A stretch of 64,000 nt of DNA from Escherichia phage JEP8. Location of the stretch: the sequence record MT764208.1, one strand, 5' to 3'. This document shows positions 10,081-18,720 of the stretch, one piece after another (position 1 is the stretch's first letter; every line of letters starts with the position of its first letter). Below the pieces are notes generated by a model. The model made no database searches. It was given only the letters and a program-made list of their open reading frames with translations, and was not told where the DNA came from. The position numbers were made by a program, and so were the translations under genes.

Positions 10081-11106
10081 CTAACTTTTTGCGCTATTTA
10101 CTTCGGCTAAAAGCTCATCGGAGATACGCTTAACTGCCGCAAGTTCTTCCGGTTCTAGGTTTTGTTCTTCCAGATATTCATAGACCATCTGAATAGTGCT
10201 TTTAACTTCAATAACACCTGTTTCCTGTGATGCGCTACTCTCCAGCTTATGGACCACTTTTAGCTTGTGTACAACGGCCTCTAACGCGCTTTCTAACTTA
10301 GTTAACCCATTATCAGCGACCGTTGCAATTAGGCGCACACTAAGCCCTTTAAAGCGTTCTACATCGATTTTATCATCTGACGGGTAAGTGATACGCACAT
10401 GATAAGTTTTGTCATTCTGGATAAACTCCTTTTTGTGTGTATCTGTATCGAATACCCAAAAACCACGCGGATCATTTTCGTCGCCAGCCGTTAGTGTGTA
10501 TGGTGTACCGATATACGTTACGTTACCGCCATCACTGATAGTATGAAAGTGACCGGAAAACACTTCACGGTATTTCTTGAGGAAGTCCGCGCTATAACCT
10601 TCGGATTTTAACCCTTTATAGAAATAGTAGCCGGACAATTCCCAATGGCCTACACAATATTCGCTGAATGAATTTTGAATAAACTCTAAAACCTCGGATT
10701 TATTGTCATCACAAAACCACGGGAACAGGTCGAATGATACCCCATCAAAGGTAACTGTTTCCGGCTTATCAATAACCTTAATGCAATCATACTGGCTTAA
10801 CACTTCGCGCGGTGCGTTAGGCTGGATCTTATTGCGTTTAAACATATCATGATTCCCGACCGTGATATAACAGGTGATTCCTGCCTCTTCCAGTAATGGG
10901 ATGACCTTAGTACGGTTAAATTTCATGGTTTCATGTGTGATAGCCTTGCGACAATCAAACCAATCCCCTGTTTGAATCCATATCTTAATACCATTTTCTT
11001 TAGAATAATCAACAGCTTTCTTGATCGTGTCTAAAATATACTCATGCACCCACGGATCATCGCCACCGATACCAGTATGCAGATCACCCAAAAGCAAAAT
11101 TTTCAT
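10081..11106 (-). CDS. 47: Recombination nuclease subunit gp47 (SbcD/Mre11-like phosphoesterase)
   Basis: MKILLLGDLHTG, GDWFD, GNHD, GHWEL...GHFH phosphoesterase motifs; near-collinear with T4 gp47. Confidence 0.9.
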   Translation of the reverse strand: MKILLLGDLHTGIGGDDPWVHEYILDTIKKAVDYSKENGIKIWIQTGDWFDCRKAITHETMKFNRTKVIPLLEEAGITCYITVGNHDMFKRNKIQPNAPREVLSQYDCIKVIDKPETVTFDGVSFDLFPWFCDDNKSEVLEFIQNSFSEYCVGHWELSGYYFYKGLKSEGYSADFLKKYREVFSGHFHTISDGGNVTYIGTPYTLTAGDENDPRGFWVFDTDTHKKEFIQNDKTYHVRITYPSDDKIDVERFKGLSVRLIATVADNGLTKLESALEAVVHKLKVVHKLESSASQETGVIEVKSTIQMVYEYLEEQNLEPEELAAVKRISDELLAEVNSAKS

Positions 11107-11150
11107 AGTCTCTTCCTCTCTTCGTTTTCGATGCTCTCACTATATCATAG

Positions 11151-11187
11151 AAAAATAAAAAGGGAAACCCCTTTCGGAGTCTCCCTT
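11151..11187 (-). terminator. Rho-independent terminator (10-bp stem, GAAA loop, U-run)
   Basis: Minus strand GGGAGACUCC-GAAA-GGGGUUUCCC followed by UUUUUAUUUUU. Confidence 0.55.
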
Positions 11188-11196
11188 ATAAAGCCA

Positions 11197-11484
11197 TTAC
11201 AGCATACTTAATACCGTTTGCCGTGTACTAATCCACATAGCAGAAAGCAGTTCTGGCGTGTGTGGCTGTTTGTAGATATCACGTAACTTTCCGATAGCGT
11301 AGATATACGCATCACGGTTATCATCGATGATAGCTTGTTCAGCCCACCGCTTAAGGCGTGCAATCTCTCGCGAGTTCTTACGCAAGATCTTTTCCGCTTT
11401 CTTAGCGGCTTTAGCCTCTAGTTCTGCTTGTACTTTGTCTACTTCATTCACTGCAATCTTGTCATGCTGTTCATCGTAAGTCAT
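11197..11484 (-). CDS. Hypothetical protein
   Basis: 95-aa ORF between 55 and 47. Confidence 0.5.
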   Translation of the reverse strand: MTYDEQHDKIAVNEVDKVQAELEAKAAKKAEKILRKNSREIARLKRWAEQAIIDDNRDAYIYAIGKLRDIYKQPHTPELLSAMWISTRQTVLSML

Positions 11485-11485
11485 G

Positions 11486-11719
11486 TTATTTTACCTCTGG
11501 GATATAATCAATTATTAAAGAAAATTCATCTTCTGATACATTATAGCTATGTGAGATTGTACCCGTCAAGACCTCAAGATCCGGTGATTTGATATTGCAC
11601 GGATCGATAATCACCGGAACGCCGCAATCTCTCAAAAATAATTTGGCGAAATACGGCACGAGGTCAGTTTCAAACTCTGCTTCTTCCAGCAAACGGGAAA
11701 TGTTAATTTTCAATCTCAT
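11486..11719 (-). CDS. Hypothetical protein
   Basis: 77-aa ORF between 55 and 47. Confidence 0.5.
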   Translation of the reverse strand: MRLKINISRLLEEAEFETDLVPYFAKLFLRDCGVPVIIDPCNIKSPDLEVLTGTISHSYNVSEDEFSLIIDYIPEVK

Positions 11720-12236
11720 AAAATTGGTCCAGGCTAGGCAATTCCTCAGTCAATACATCTTCAACCTTTGGCGCTTTCGGTTTATTGACCGATTCCTCGT
11801 AGTTGTTGATTTTATCGTAAATGTCCTGTATGAATGCCTCATCAGCAATCTGGCACATATCAGCGTCGCGTTCGTCATATACATGATGCACAAAATATTT
11901 GTATTTTGCGGCTGTCGCTGTTCTCTCTTTTTTAATGCGCTGTACAAAAGCATTAAAGCACGCTTGCGTGATGTAAGCATGAGGATTTTTATACTTTGTC
12001 TCGTCAAAATTAATCAAACCCTTGACCGCCGCTTCGATTCCGTCGTCGATCATTTCTTCGCGCCATGTTTGACTATAACCAGAAAAGTTAAAACGACGTG
12101 ATAGATTTTTAGAGATTTGCATAATTGCTAGGCCGATTTGATCGCTCATTGGAACTTGCCGACCTTCTGCTGCAATTTGTTGTTTCCAACGGCAAATTTC
12201 TTCGTAAAGCTCTTTATTGTTTACATAATCAGACAC
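11703..12236 (-). CDS. 55: Late-transcription sigma factor gp55
   Basis: YVNNKEL...RFNFSGY...[28 protein letters not shown]...FIQDIYDK almost collinear with T4 gp55. Confidence 0.9.
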   Translation of the reverse strand: MSDYVNNKELYEEICRWKQQIAAEGRQVPMSDQIGLAIMQISKNLSRRFNFSGYSQTWREEMIDDGIEAAVKGLINFDETKYKNPHAYITQACFNAFVQRIKKERTATAAKYKYFVHHVYDERDADMCQIADEAFIQDIYDKINNYEESVNKPKAPKVEDVLTEELPSLDQFYEIEN

Positions 12237-12276
12237 TTCGCACCCTCGCTATTATTTAGGAAATAACCCTTTCGGG

Positions 12277-13746
12277 CTATTCCCCATTACCATTATACTT
12301 TCTTTGCTTAGTTATCCACACTCTAACCATCTCTACTGATTCACCGTCAGACGGATCAAGAGTTTTTCCTTTTTTCTTCATGCGATACTTAAATCCGTTA
12401 AATCTTGCATTCTCTTGCTCGTTAAAGTCGAACATCTTTTTAAATGATTTTCTCCCTTTACGCTCACCACATTCTAGCGGAATCATTCGGTCTGTTATTA
12501 CATTGGCATTAGGTAGAAACGTTTTTAGATAATCCACCAACGCCCAATCAGGAACATATAGATTAACATTCTCCTTGCTCTCGTTGTCTCTCAGGTTACA
12601 ACGCAAACATAATTGAAATGCTGGTTCCAGATAATCAGACACATGACGCGCTTTCAAAAACTCGTTTGTCGGGAGATCACAACTATTAGCAAGACCTTTT
12701 AAAATATCAATCTCCCATCGTTGAGGGTTAAAGCTGAACATCACAGCAACATTTTTATGATGAATGTAAGAGTTAAGACCATAAGATCCGTAAGGTATCC
12801 GCTCACCAATACCATTTGTGCACGCTTCACGGTCCCGATTCACGGTATAAATGAAGTCATCGCCACATTCATTTTTAACCATATCAACAAGACGTTCAAA
12901 GGTATTGTTTGTTTCTGACTGGTGACGCGACCAGCGTTCGGAGTCAGTCATAAGGATGATGTTAACTCTATCTGTATTTTTATACTCTTTGAAATATAGT
13001 CTGGATTCTAGCGCACTCGGAACAAAATCGCAATTTGCATAGTATCGTAGATACTTCCCACTATATGTATCAAAGAGATTTGCACATGCTATCGTAACCT
13101 TTTTAAAGTCTCCCCACGTACCGTGTTTGTTATCGTTCAAGAAAACAATTTTCGACCCATTCTTCCGGTGTCCTTCGTTATGTTTTACCATAACGTTGAT
13201 TTTCTTCTCTAATAACGCCTCATAAAGCCCTCTAAGAGAAGAATCGATCATATCAGTACCATCCTTTGCACTTTCTATCTTTTCTTTGATAGCGGCCTTC
13301 TCAGAGTCTTTTAGAACTAAGTTCTGTAGGCATTCCGATTCGTCGGCGATTGGTTCGCAATGCTTCGTGATAAGTTCAAGATTAGACTTAAACGGATACT
13401 CATTAAATTCAACCAGTTGAGGAACTTCATCAATGTAAAGAGCATATTCACCAAACATTTTTGAACGTTCCATATTAGATAACGCTGTATGTGTAATGAA
13501 TATCACATCAGCACCGTCTTTAACTGATTGCATTATCGACGCTTGCACTGTCTTAAGGCTTCTTAGTCTTGTGCTATCGATCAAGACAGCACGACCGCCC
13601 ATTCTTTTAAACTTATTGTAAGATTGTTCACTTAAAACACGAGATGGCGAAGCAATAACCGCTTTTTCTTTTGTCTCTAGGACGTGGGAAAGTATAGCAT
13701 CAGTTTTCCCCGCCGCTGGCAATGCGATTAATGTTTCAATCTTCAT
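12277..13746 (-). CDS. Uncharacterised P-loop NTPase-domain protein (489 aa)
   Basis: N-terminal Walker A-like LPAAGKTD and Walker B-like LYIDEVPQ; no resemblance to T4 alpha-glucosyltransferase despite lying in the 47-55-nrdH interval. Confidence 0.6.
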   Translation of the reverse strand: MKIETLIALPAAGKTDAILSHVLETKEKAVIASPSRVLSEQSYNKFKRMGGRAVLIDSTRLRSLKTVQASIMQSVKDGADVIFITHTALSNMERSKMFGEYALYIDEVPQLVEFNEYPFKSNLELITKHCEPIADESECLQNLVLKDSEKAAIKEKIESAKDGTDMIDSSLRGLYEALLEKKINVMVKHNEGHRKNGSKIVFLNDNKHGTWGDFKKVTIACANLFDTYSGKYLRYYANCDFVPSALESRLYFKEYKNTDRVNIILMTDSERWSRHQSETNNTFERLVDMVKNECGDDFIYTVNRDREACTNGIGERIPYGSYGLNSYIHHKNVAVMFSFNPQRWEIDILKGLANSCDLPTNEFLKARHVSDYLEPAFQLCLRCNLRDNESKENVNLYVPDWALVDYLKTFLPNANVITDRMIPLECGERKGRKSFKKMFDFNEQENARFNGFKYRMKKKGKTLDPSDGESVEMVRVWITKQRKYNGNGE

Positions 13747-14051
13747 TAGAAACCCTTACGTCGTGCTTTCTGGCATTTCTTGATCATTTTATCAGAAATT
13801 TCGCGCTTAGGTGCAAGCTCTTTCACACCGAAAGCACTAATGCCAAATTCAGAGAGAATATATTCAACCAACAATTCACGCACACGCGCTTTACCGATAT
13901 TCACGCCGTTATTTTTCAGATATGTCTGGCCTTCGACTTGCATCAGATCTAAATCAGCGTCGGTAATATTGATTTCTTCCATGCGCCCAAATCGAGAGTA
14001 AACCATGTGTGCGATTGCATTGTGTACTAACATAATATATTCCTCACTCAA
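13746..14051 (-). CDS. Hypothetical protein
   Basis: 101-aa ORF. Confidence 0.5.
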   Translation of the reverse strand: MSEEYIMLVHNAIAHMVYSRFGRMEEINITDADLDLMQVEGQTYLKNNGVNIGKARVRELLVEYILSEFGISAFGVKELAPKREISDKMIKKCQKARRKGF

Positions 14052-14202
14052 GAATTACTTAATGATACTTACTTTACCAGATCCATGACAATGAGCGCAA
14101 CACCCATCACCACGTAATCCTGTTCCGTTACAGTGTTTACACTTCTTCAACGGTAAAGTCATTATAGCAAATAAAGCAATAATGAACACCGAAACTAAAT
14201 TC

Positions 14203-14472
14203 TCAATAATCATAAATCGCCCTCAGTTCTTTATAGCCTCCAATGTGCTCGTTGTCAATGAATATCTGGGGGTATACAAACCGGAGGCTCTTTGAGTTCA
14301 GCCTCCCCGCCAGTTCTTCAATCATATCACGGTCGGGAATAATGTCAACCCCGACCTGCTTGAATACTGGTTTAAGTGTATACGGAATACCCAGATCATC
14401 CAGTAGCTTCATTGCACTAATACAACCATAACAATGATAAGCCTCTTTAGGTATACCGTATATCTCGATCAT
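14203..14472 (-). CDS. Glutaredoxin-like protein (NrdH-like)
   Basis: CxxC motif (CYGC) near the N-terminus, ~89 aa, ...GGY C-terminal region; adjacent to the anaerobic RNR genes. Confidence 0.65.
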   Translation of the reverse strand: MIEIYGIPKEAYHCYGCISAMKLLDDLGIPYTLKPVFKQVGVDIIPDRDMIEELAGRLNSKSLRFVYPQIFIDNEHIGGYKELRAIYDY

Positions 14473-14945
14473 TTCTCAGCCTTTAATCTTTCTAGTTCTT
14501 CTTCCAGTTCCTTGATCCGTTGGTCACGTTCAAAGTCACGCTGTAACTTAGTGGCGAATACTCGTTTAAACTGATTGTAATCATCGATTTTAAACACTTC
14601 TTCTTCGCCATAGCGACGCACAGAAACTTCGTAGTTATTGAAGAATTGTTGCATCATTGCTTCGGATGATAGTTCTGCTGATACTACTTTAAAATATTGA
14701 TCTTCGGTAGGTGAAAACCAATTACAAGCATAAAGATAAACCTTTTCATTGTCTGGACACTGATAAGCCTTACCATCGATTTCAATCACAGAAACATATT
14801 CAGGTATACTGGATGAATCAATAGCTAAGACTTTAAACGCACGGTCCCCGATAAACTCGGAGATCACACGATTCGCATCACTGGTTGCAAATGCTTTACG
14901 CGCTTGTTCGTTTTTCCACTGATAGGTCATACCAACAACAAACAT
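14469..14945 (-). CDS. Hypothetical protein, WEVGKTY-domain paralog family
   Basis: VGMTYQWKNEQARKAF...IEIDGKAY...; C-terminal charged coiled coil (KELEEELERLKAEK). Confidence 0.6.
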   Translation of the reverse strand: MFVVGMTYQWKNEQARKAFATSDANRVISEFIGDRAFKVLAIDSSSIPEYVSVIEIDGKAYQCPDNEKVYLYACNWFSPTEDQYFKVVSAELSSEAMMQQFFNNYEVSVRRYGEEEVFKIDDYNQFKRVFATKLQRDFERDQRIKELEEELERLKAEK

Positions 14946-14946
14946 A

Positions 14947-15771
14947 TTACCAACCTCGCTCTTTACCGATCAAAAATTCAACTTCACGACGTTTAATATC
15001 TTCTTGAAGGTCTTTAATCTTCTGGCGATCTTGCATGATTTCGTCCATCTTGTCAAGTGCTGTAATGAAATCATCGAAACGTTCAAAGGTTTTACCTTCA
15101 TTTGCTTCGCCAAATTTAACCATTGTCAGGCCGTAACGACTACTAAACAGACGTTTCAACTGTCCAACGATCTTAGAATCAGTAGTGACGACTTCCAATT
15201 CTTCTACTTCTTGAAAGAATTTTCTATCAGAATCAATAAACCAGCTAATTCCTTTATGGTCTTTATCTTCGGTTGCACTCATTAGAGTATGGTCTTTACC
15301 ATCAATTTCAATTACATCAATTTGCCCACATGGACTAACCTTTTTAACAGTAAAAGGTCTATAATTTATTGCTCGTGCAATAACATAATTAAGGTTTGAT
15401 ACGTTTTCAGCATAATGGCAGAAGTCGGTCATAGCATTCGCATCTTTCCAAGTATAAGTTTTACCAACTTCCCATTTCTGGGGAACTTCTTCGACTTCAC
15501 GAAAGAATTTTCTATCGAATGGACTAAAGAAATATGTTGCAGTCCAAATGTCTTTTCCTGTAGCAGTTTTCGCCGTATGATAAACACCGTCTAGCTCTAT
15601 TGCATCAATCCAACCGTTACCCTCGATCTCGATGATGGTAAATGGCTTGTCACCAATAGCTGCACTAATATCGCTGTTAAGTGGAGAAAGAACACCTTCT
15701 CCGTTAGTAATAAACTCAGTTTTAGCGTTTTCGTCTTTCCAAGTGTAAGTTTTACCAATTTCCCATTTCAT
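14947..15771 (-). CDS. Hypothetical protein with two tandem WEVGKTY domains
   Basis: Two internal copies: WEIGKTYTWKDENAKTEF...IELDG...DRKFFREVEE and WEVGKTYTWKDANAMTDF...IEIDGK...DRKFFQEVEE. Confidence 0.65.
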   Translation of the reverse strand: MKWEIGKTYTWKDENAKTEFITNGEGVLSPLNSDISAAIGDKPFTIIEIEGNGWIDAIELDGVYHTAKTATGKDIWTATYFFSPFDRKFFREVEEVPQKWEVGKTYTWKDANAMTDFCHYAENVSNLNYVIARAINYRPFTVKKVSPCGQIDVIEIDGKDHTLMSATEDKDHKGISWFIDSDRKFFQEVEELEVVTTDSKIVGQLKRLFSSRYGLTMVKFGEANEGKTFERFDDFITALDKMDEIMQDRQKIKDLQEDIKRREVEFLIGKERGW

Positions 15772-15783
15772 AATATATTCCCC

Positions 15784-16284
15784 TTAACCGATTTTATCAA
15801 GTTCGTTTAATGCTTTCTCTGCTTCCTGTATAGCTTGCACTCTTTCCGGCATTTTGTCAAGAAAATCTTTCAACTCTTCAAAACTGGAGATATGACGCAA
15901 GGCATTAGCACCGATAGCCGCATGTGATTTGCATTCAAAGCGGATTTTATAATTATCCATAGCCAATTTGAGAAGATCAATTAGATCATGTTCATGACCA
16001 GGCAATAAAACTTCTTTGAAGCACGCTCGGTCGTCATCGGAAAACCATATATTATCACCAACATCGATAGAACTAATATAATCCCCTTCGTGATTATAGA
16101 TTGAACGTACATTACCCCAACGGTCTACCGTAGCGACAGTAAATGGTTTATCTAGATATGTAAACACACCATCAATATTAGGTTTTTGTTCGTAACGCCA
16201 ACAATCACGCAAAATACGCTTTTCGTCCTCACCAACCAACTTATATGTCTTCCCTTCTTCCCATTTCATAATATCATCTCTCAT
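15784..16284 (-). CDS. Hypothetical protein, WEVGKTY-domain paralog family
   Basis: WEEGKTYKLVGEDEK...; C-terminal helical region resembles that of 16274..16810. Confidence 0.6.
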   Translation of the reverse strand: MRDDIMKWEEGKTYKLVGEDEKRILRDCWRYEQKPNIDGVFTYLDKPFTVATVDRWGNVRSIYNHEGDYISSIDVGDNIWFSDDDRACFKEVLLPGHEHDLIDLLKLAMDNYKIRFECKSHAAIGANALRHISSFEELKDFLDKMPERVQAIQEAEKALNELDKIG

Positions 16285-16810
16285 TTTTGATACGTGATTC
16301 TAATTGGATCATACGGTCGCGCGTTTGCTTATATTCGCGGATAGCACCGATTCGGCTAGGCATACCATCCAGTACGCTCTTAATACCTTCTAGGGTAGTG
16401 ATTTTAGCAATGCTATTATGCAATCCTGTCTTATCGATCAACTGAATGTCGTAGGCTTCCATAAGCAGACCCAGACGTTCTAAAGTTAGGTCTTCTTCTT
16501 TTTCTTCCGATTCTGGAATCTTAGGTTCAATAGTAACTTCGGTAAAGAAACGACGCTCACCAGCCCAAAACCACACACCGGAACAGCCAATAGGGGATTC
16601 TTTTAACGTCATAGAGTCGAAATCACTACCAATAATAGTAATTTCTCTAACATCACCATCATCGTCAATGTCTTCTACCATAAACGGGCGACCAGCCAAC
16701 AAGTCCACAATACATCTGTTAATAGACGACGAAAATTTAGTCAGTTCGGCTTTCGACGCTTCGCATTCAATCTTGTAAGTTTTACCAACTTCCCATTCCA
16801 TAATAATCAC
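16274..16810 (-). CDS. Hypothetical protein, WEVGKTY-domain paralog family
   Basis: WEVGKTYKIECEASKAEL...RRFFTEV... Confidence 0.6.
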   Translation of the reverse strand: MIIMEWEVGKTYKIECEASKAELTKFSSSINRCIVDLLAGRPFMVEDIDDDGDVREITIIGSDFDSMTLKESPIGCSGVWFWAGERRFFTEVTIEPKIPESEEKEEDLTLERLGLLMEAYDIQLIDKTGLHNSIAKITTLEGIKSVLDGMPSRIGAIREYKQTRDRMIQLESRIKNER

Positions 16811-16811
16811 C

Positions 16812-17315
16812 TCAAATAATTTTCACTGGAATACTATTAACAATCTTGTATTGTACTTGATTGTCAGACCCCCGCCACGGCTTCTTCGTTGGCATATCTT
16901 TAATATAACGCCCATCGATGAACATGTCAACTGATTCTACAATTTTTCTTTGCTCATCATTCAATTGGTCAAGGGTATAACCGGACCATAGCCAAATATC
17001 TTTATTTGGCATCCATGATTTTACTTCATCGATGATCCGCTGTACACCCTTTAAATTGCGTTTATACAGTGGATCGCCACCTAAGAATGTTAGCCCCTGA
17101 ATAAAATCAGGACTAAGCAGATCCAGAATCAATCCCATTGTATCATCGGTGAATGGTTCCCCGTTCTTAGGATTGAGTATACTGGAATTAAAACAACCAT
17201 CACATGCGTGTGAACATCCGGTAACGTAAAGGGAGACTCTCACTCCCTCACCGTTAACCATATCACAATCTTTAATATCGGCATAGCGTAGTTTGCCGTA
17301 TGTATCAGAACTCAT
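16812..17315 (-). CDS. nrdG: Anaerobic ribonucleotide reductase activating protein NrdG (radical SAM)
   Basis: Radical-SAM cysteine triad CSHACDGC; ~167 aa. The ORF-track start is TTG, so the ATG at 17315 (MSSDTYGKL...) is used. Confidence 0.85.
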   Translation of the reverse strand: MSSDTYGKLRYADIKDCDMVNGEGVRVSLYVTGCSHACDGCFNSSILNPKNGEPFTDDTMGLILDLLSPDFIQGLTFLGGDPLYKRNLKGVQRIIDEVKSWMPNKDIWLWSGYTLDQLNDEQRKIVESVDMFIDGRYIKDMPTKKPWRGSDNQVQYKIVNSIPVKII

Positions 17316-17499
17316 ATTCAATTACCCCGAACTCGTTTACAATCTGCGCTTTATAGTAACCACCGCGAGATGCCAATAGATAAGCTGGTCTTAGGTATTC
17401 GTATTCACGGATTTCTACTTGTGCGTTTTCAGTTTCCCAAATCAGTAAAGTCCACATATTTGATTCTCCTGTAAAGTTGTATCTCGTCTTGATGAATAT

Positions 17500-17528
17500 A
17501 GTATAGGGGATCTCGCGATCCCCGTCAA
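17500..17528 (-). promoter_or_regulatory. sigma70-type early promoter cassette
   Basis: Minus strand TTGACG-N17-TATACT followed by the conserved ...AGGAGAAUCAAAU leader. Confidence 0.5.
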
Positions 17529-17532
17529 GAAT

Positions 17533-18060
17533 TTATTTTAAATTTTTTCGAATGTATTCAGACCATTCCTTCCCTGTCATTTCGGACCCGTTCTGGAAAC
17601 TGAAATATTCATAAGGCATCGAGTCAAGATAAAACAGGATCATACATCGCGCCATATAATACCAATCACGATTAAAGTAAACTACGTTATCACCAGTGCC
17701 ATCAACCCCTTTATCATAACCATCGCGGGTACGGGCTACCCATTGAATAGTATCAGTTTTCTCACGGATAGTAACAGGTTCCCAATATCCAGCACATCCA
17801 GCATGACCACACGAACAAGTAAGGAAGTATTGGCCTTTTGCTTTGTTGTCATCCCATTCACGATGGATTGGTTCGACCTCGTGAAACAGTACCAAACAAT
17901 CATGATTATGCAACACTGGCTTACCATCAATCAATGCATGGAATGTATACAAACGACCAGTAGACAAATAGCTATCCTCACGCTCAACCAGTTCAATAGC
18001 AATCTTTTTAGCTCGTTCTTTGTGTCGTTGTGCTTTACGCTTACGGTTTAATGATTTCAT
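17533..18060 (-). CDS. Hypothetical Cys-rich protein
   Basis: Contains CSCGHAGCAGYWE; start set to the ATG with GAGGTG RBS (MKSLNRKRK...). Confidence 0.55.
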   Translation of the reverse strand: MKSLNRKRKAQRHKERAKKIAIELVEREDSYLSTGRLYTFHALIDGKPVLHNHDCLVLFHEVEPIHREWDDNKAKGQYFLTCSCGHAGCAGYWEPVTIREKTDTIQWVARTRDGYDKGVDGTGDNVVYFNRDWYYMARCMILFYLDSMPYEYFSFQNGSEMTGKEWSEYIRKNLK

Positions 18061-18077
18061 ATTCACCTCACACATTA

Positions 18078-18620
18078 TCAAAGGTCGCGATATAGTACAT
18101 TATGAAAATGAGAACTTGCATTACCAATATTGTAGATAATAAATTCTTCATCCGGCGCTTGCGCTACAAATTGAGTATGAGCAACCGCCACAACCTTAAA
18201 AATACGATCCGTGATCTTGTGTTTAATTTCTGCCCCTACTTCCATAGGAACATATTCATTTGTTTCTGTTTCAGTCGCAAAACAGCCATCTTCTTCATAA
18301 GCACGAACAAATCGGTCGCAATCAGTACGCTTAACAAATTCAAGAGTATATAATTCTCGTGAATTGTCGGTATAGACCAATACAGAATTATTATGATAGC
18401 GAATCACATACAGGTTATTATCATCGTCAATTACGCAAAAGCTACGGATTCCTTCGCCTTGACTCCAGCAGATATTAACCACCGTTCCTCTAATAAAAAA
18501 ACTTTCCTTTAAATTAAAACTAGTCAATGTGCTAGCGTGCATTTTAACAACAACACCATCGCCAATTTCCAGTTTACGAAGTTTAACTTCTTTGCTCAGT
18601 ACACAAAACATCATCATCAT
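18078..18620 (-). CDS. Hypothetical protein
   Basis: 180-aa ORF with an upstream promoter cassette. Confidence 0.55.
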   Translation of the reverse strand: MMMMFCVLSKEVKLRKLEIGDGVVVKMHASTLTSFNLKESFFIRGTVVNICWSQGEGIRSFCVIDDDNNLYVIRYHNNSVLVYTDNSRELYTLEFVKRTDCDRFVRAYEEDGCFATETETNEYVPMEVGAEIKHKITDRIFKVVAVAHTQFVAQAPDEEFIIYNIGNASSHFHNVLYRDL

Positions 18621-18649
18621 GTTGTCCTCTCGTTGTTTTCGATGTGAGC

Positions 18650-18677
18650 ATTATACATTAGCTAATCAAGTTGTCAA
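18650..18677 (-). promoter_or_regulatory. sigma70-type early promoter (TTGACA-N16-TATAAT)
   Basis: Minus strand TTGACA (18677..18672) and TATAAT (18655..18650), then GCUCACAUCGAAAAC leader, RBS and ATG at 18620. Confidence 0.65.
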
Positions 18678-18683
18678 CACCCC

Positions 18684-18714
18684 AAAACGAAAAAGCCGAC
18701 CCTTTCGGATCGGC
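18684..18714 (-). terminator. Rho-independent terminator downstream of nrdD
   Basis: Minus strand AGCCGAUCC-GAAA-GGGUCGGCU hairpin followed by UUUUUCGUUUU. Confidence 0.65.
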
Positions 18715-18720
18715 TGAAAA

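Noticed and set aside
12277-13746. Alpha-glucosyltransferase at the T4 agt position
   Set aside because: The ORF at that location shows no resemblance to T4 agt and has a P-loop NTPase signature instead.
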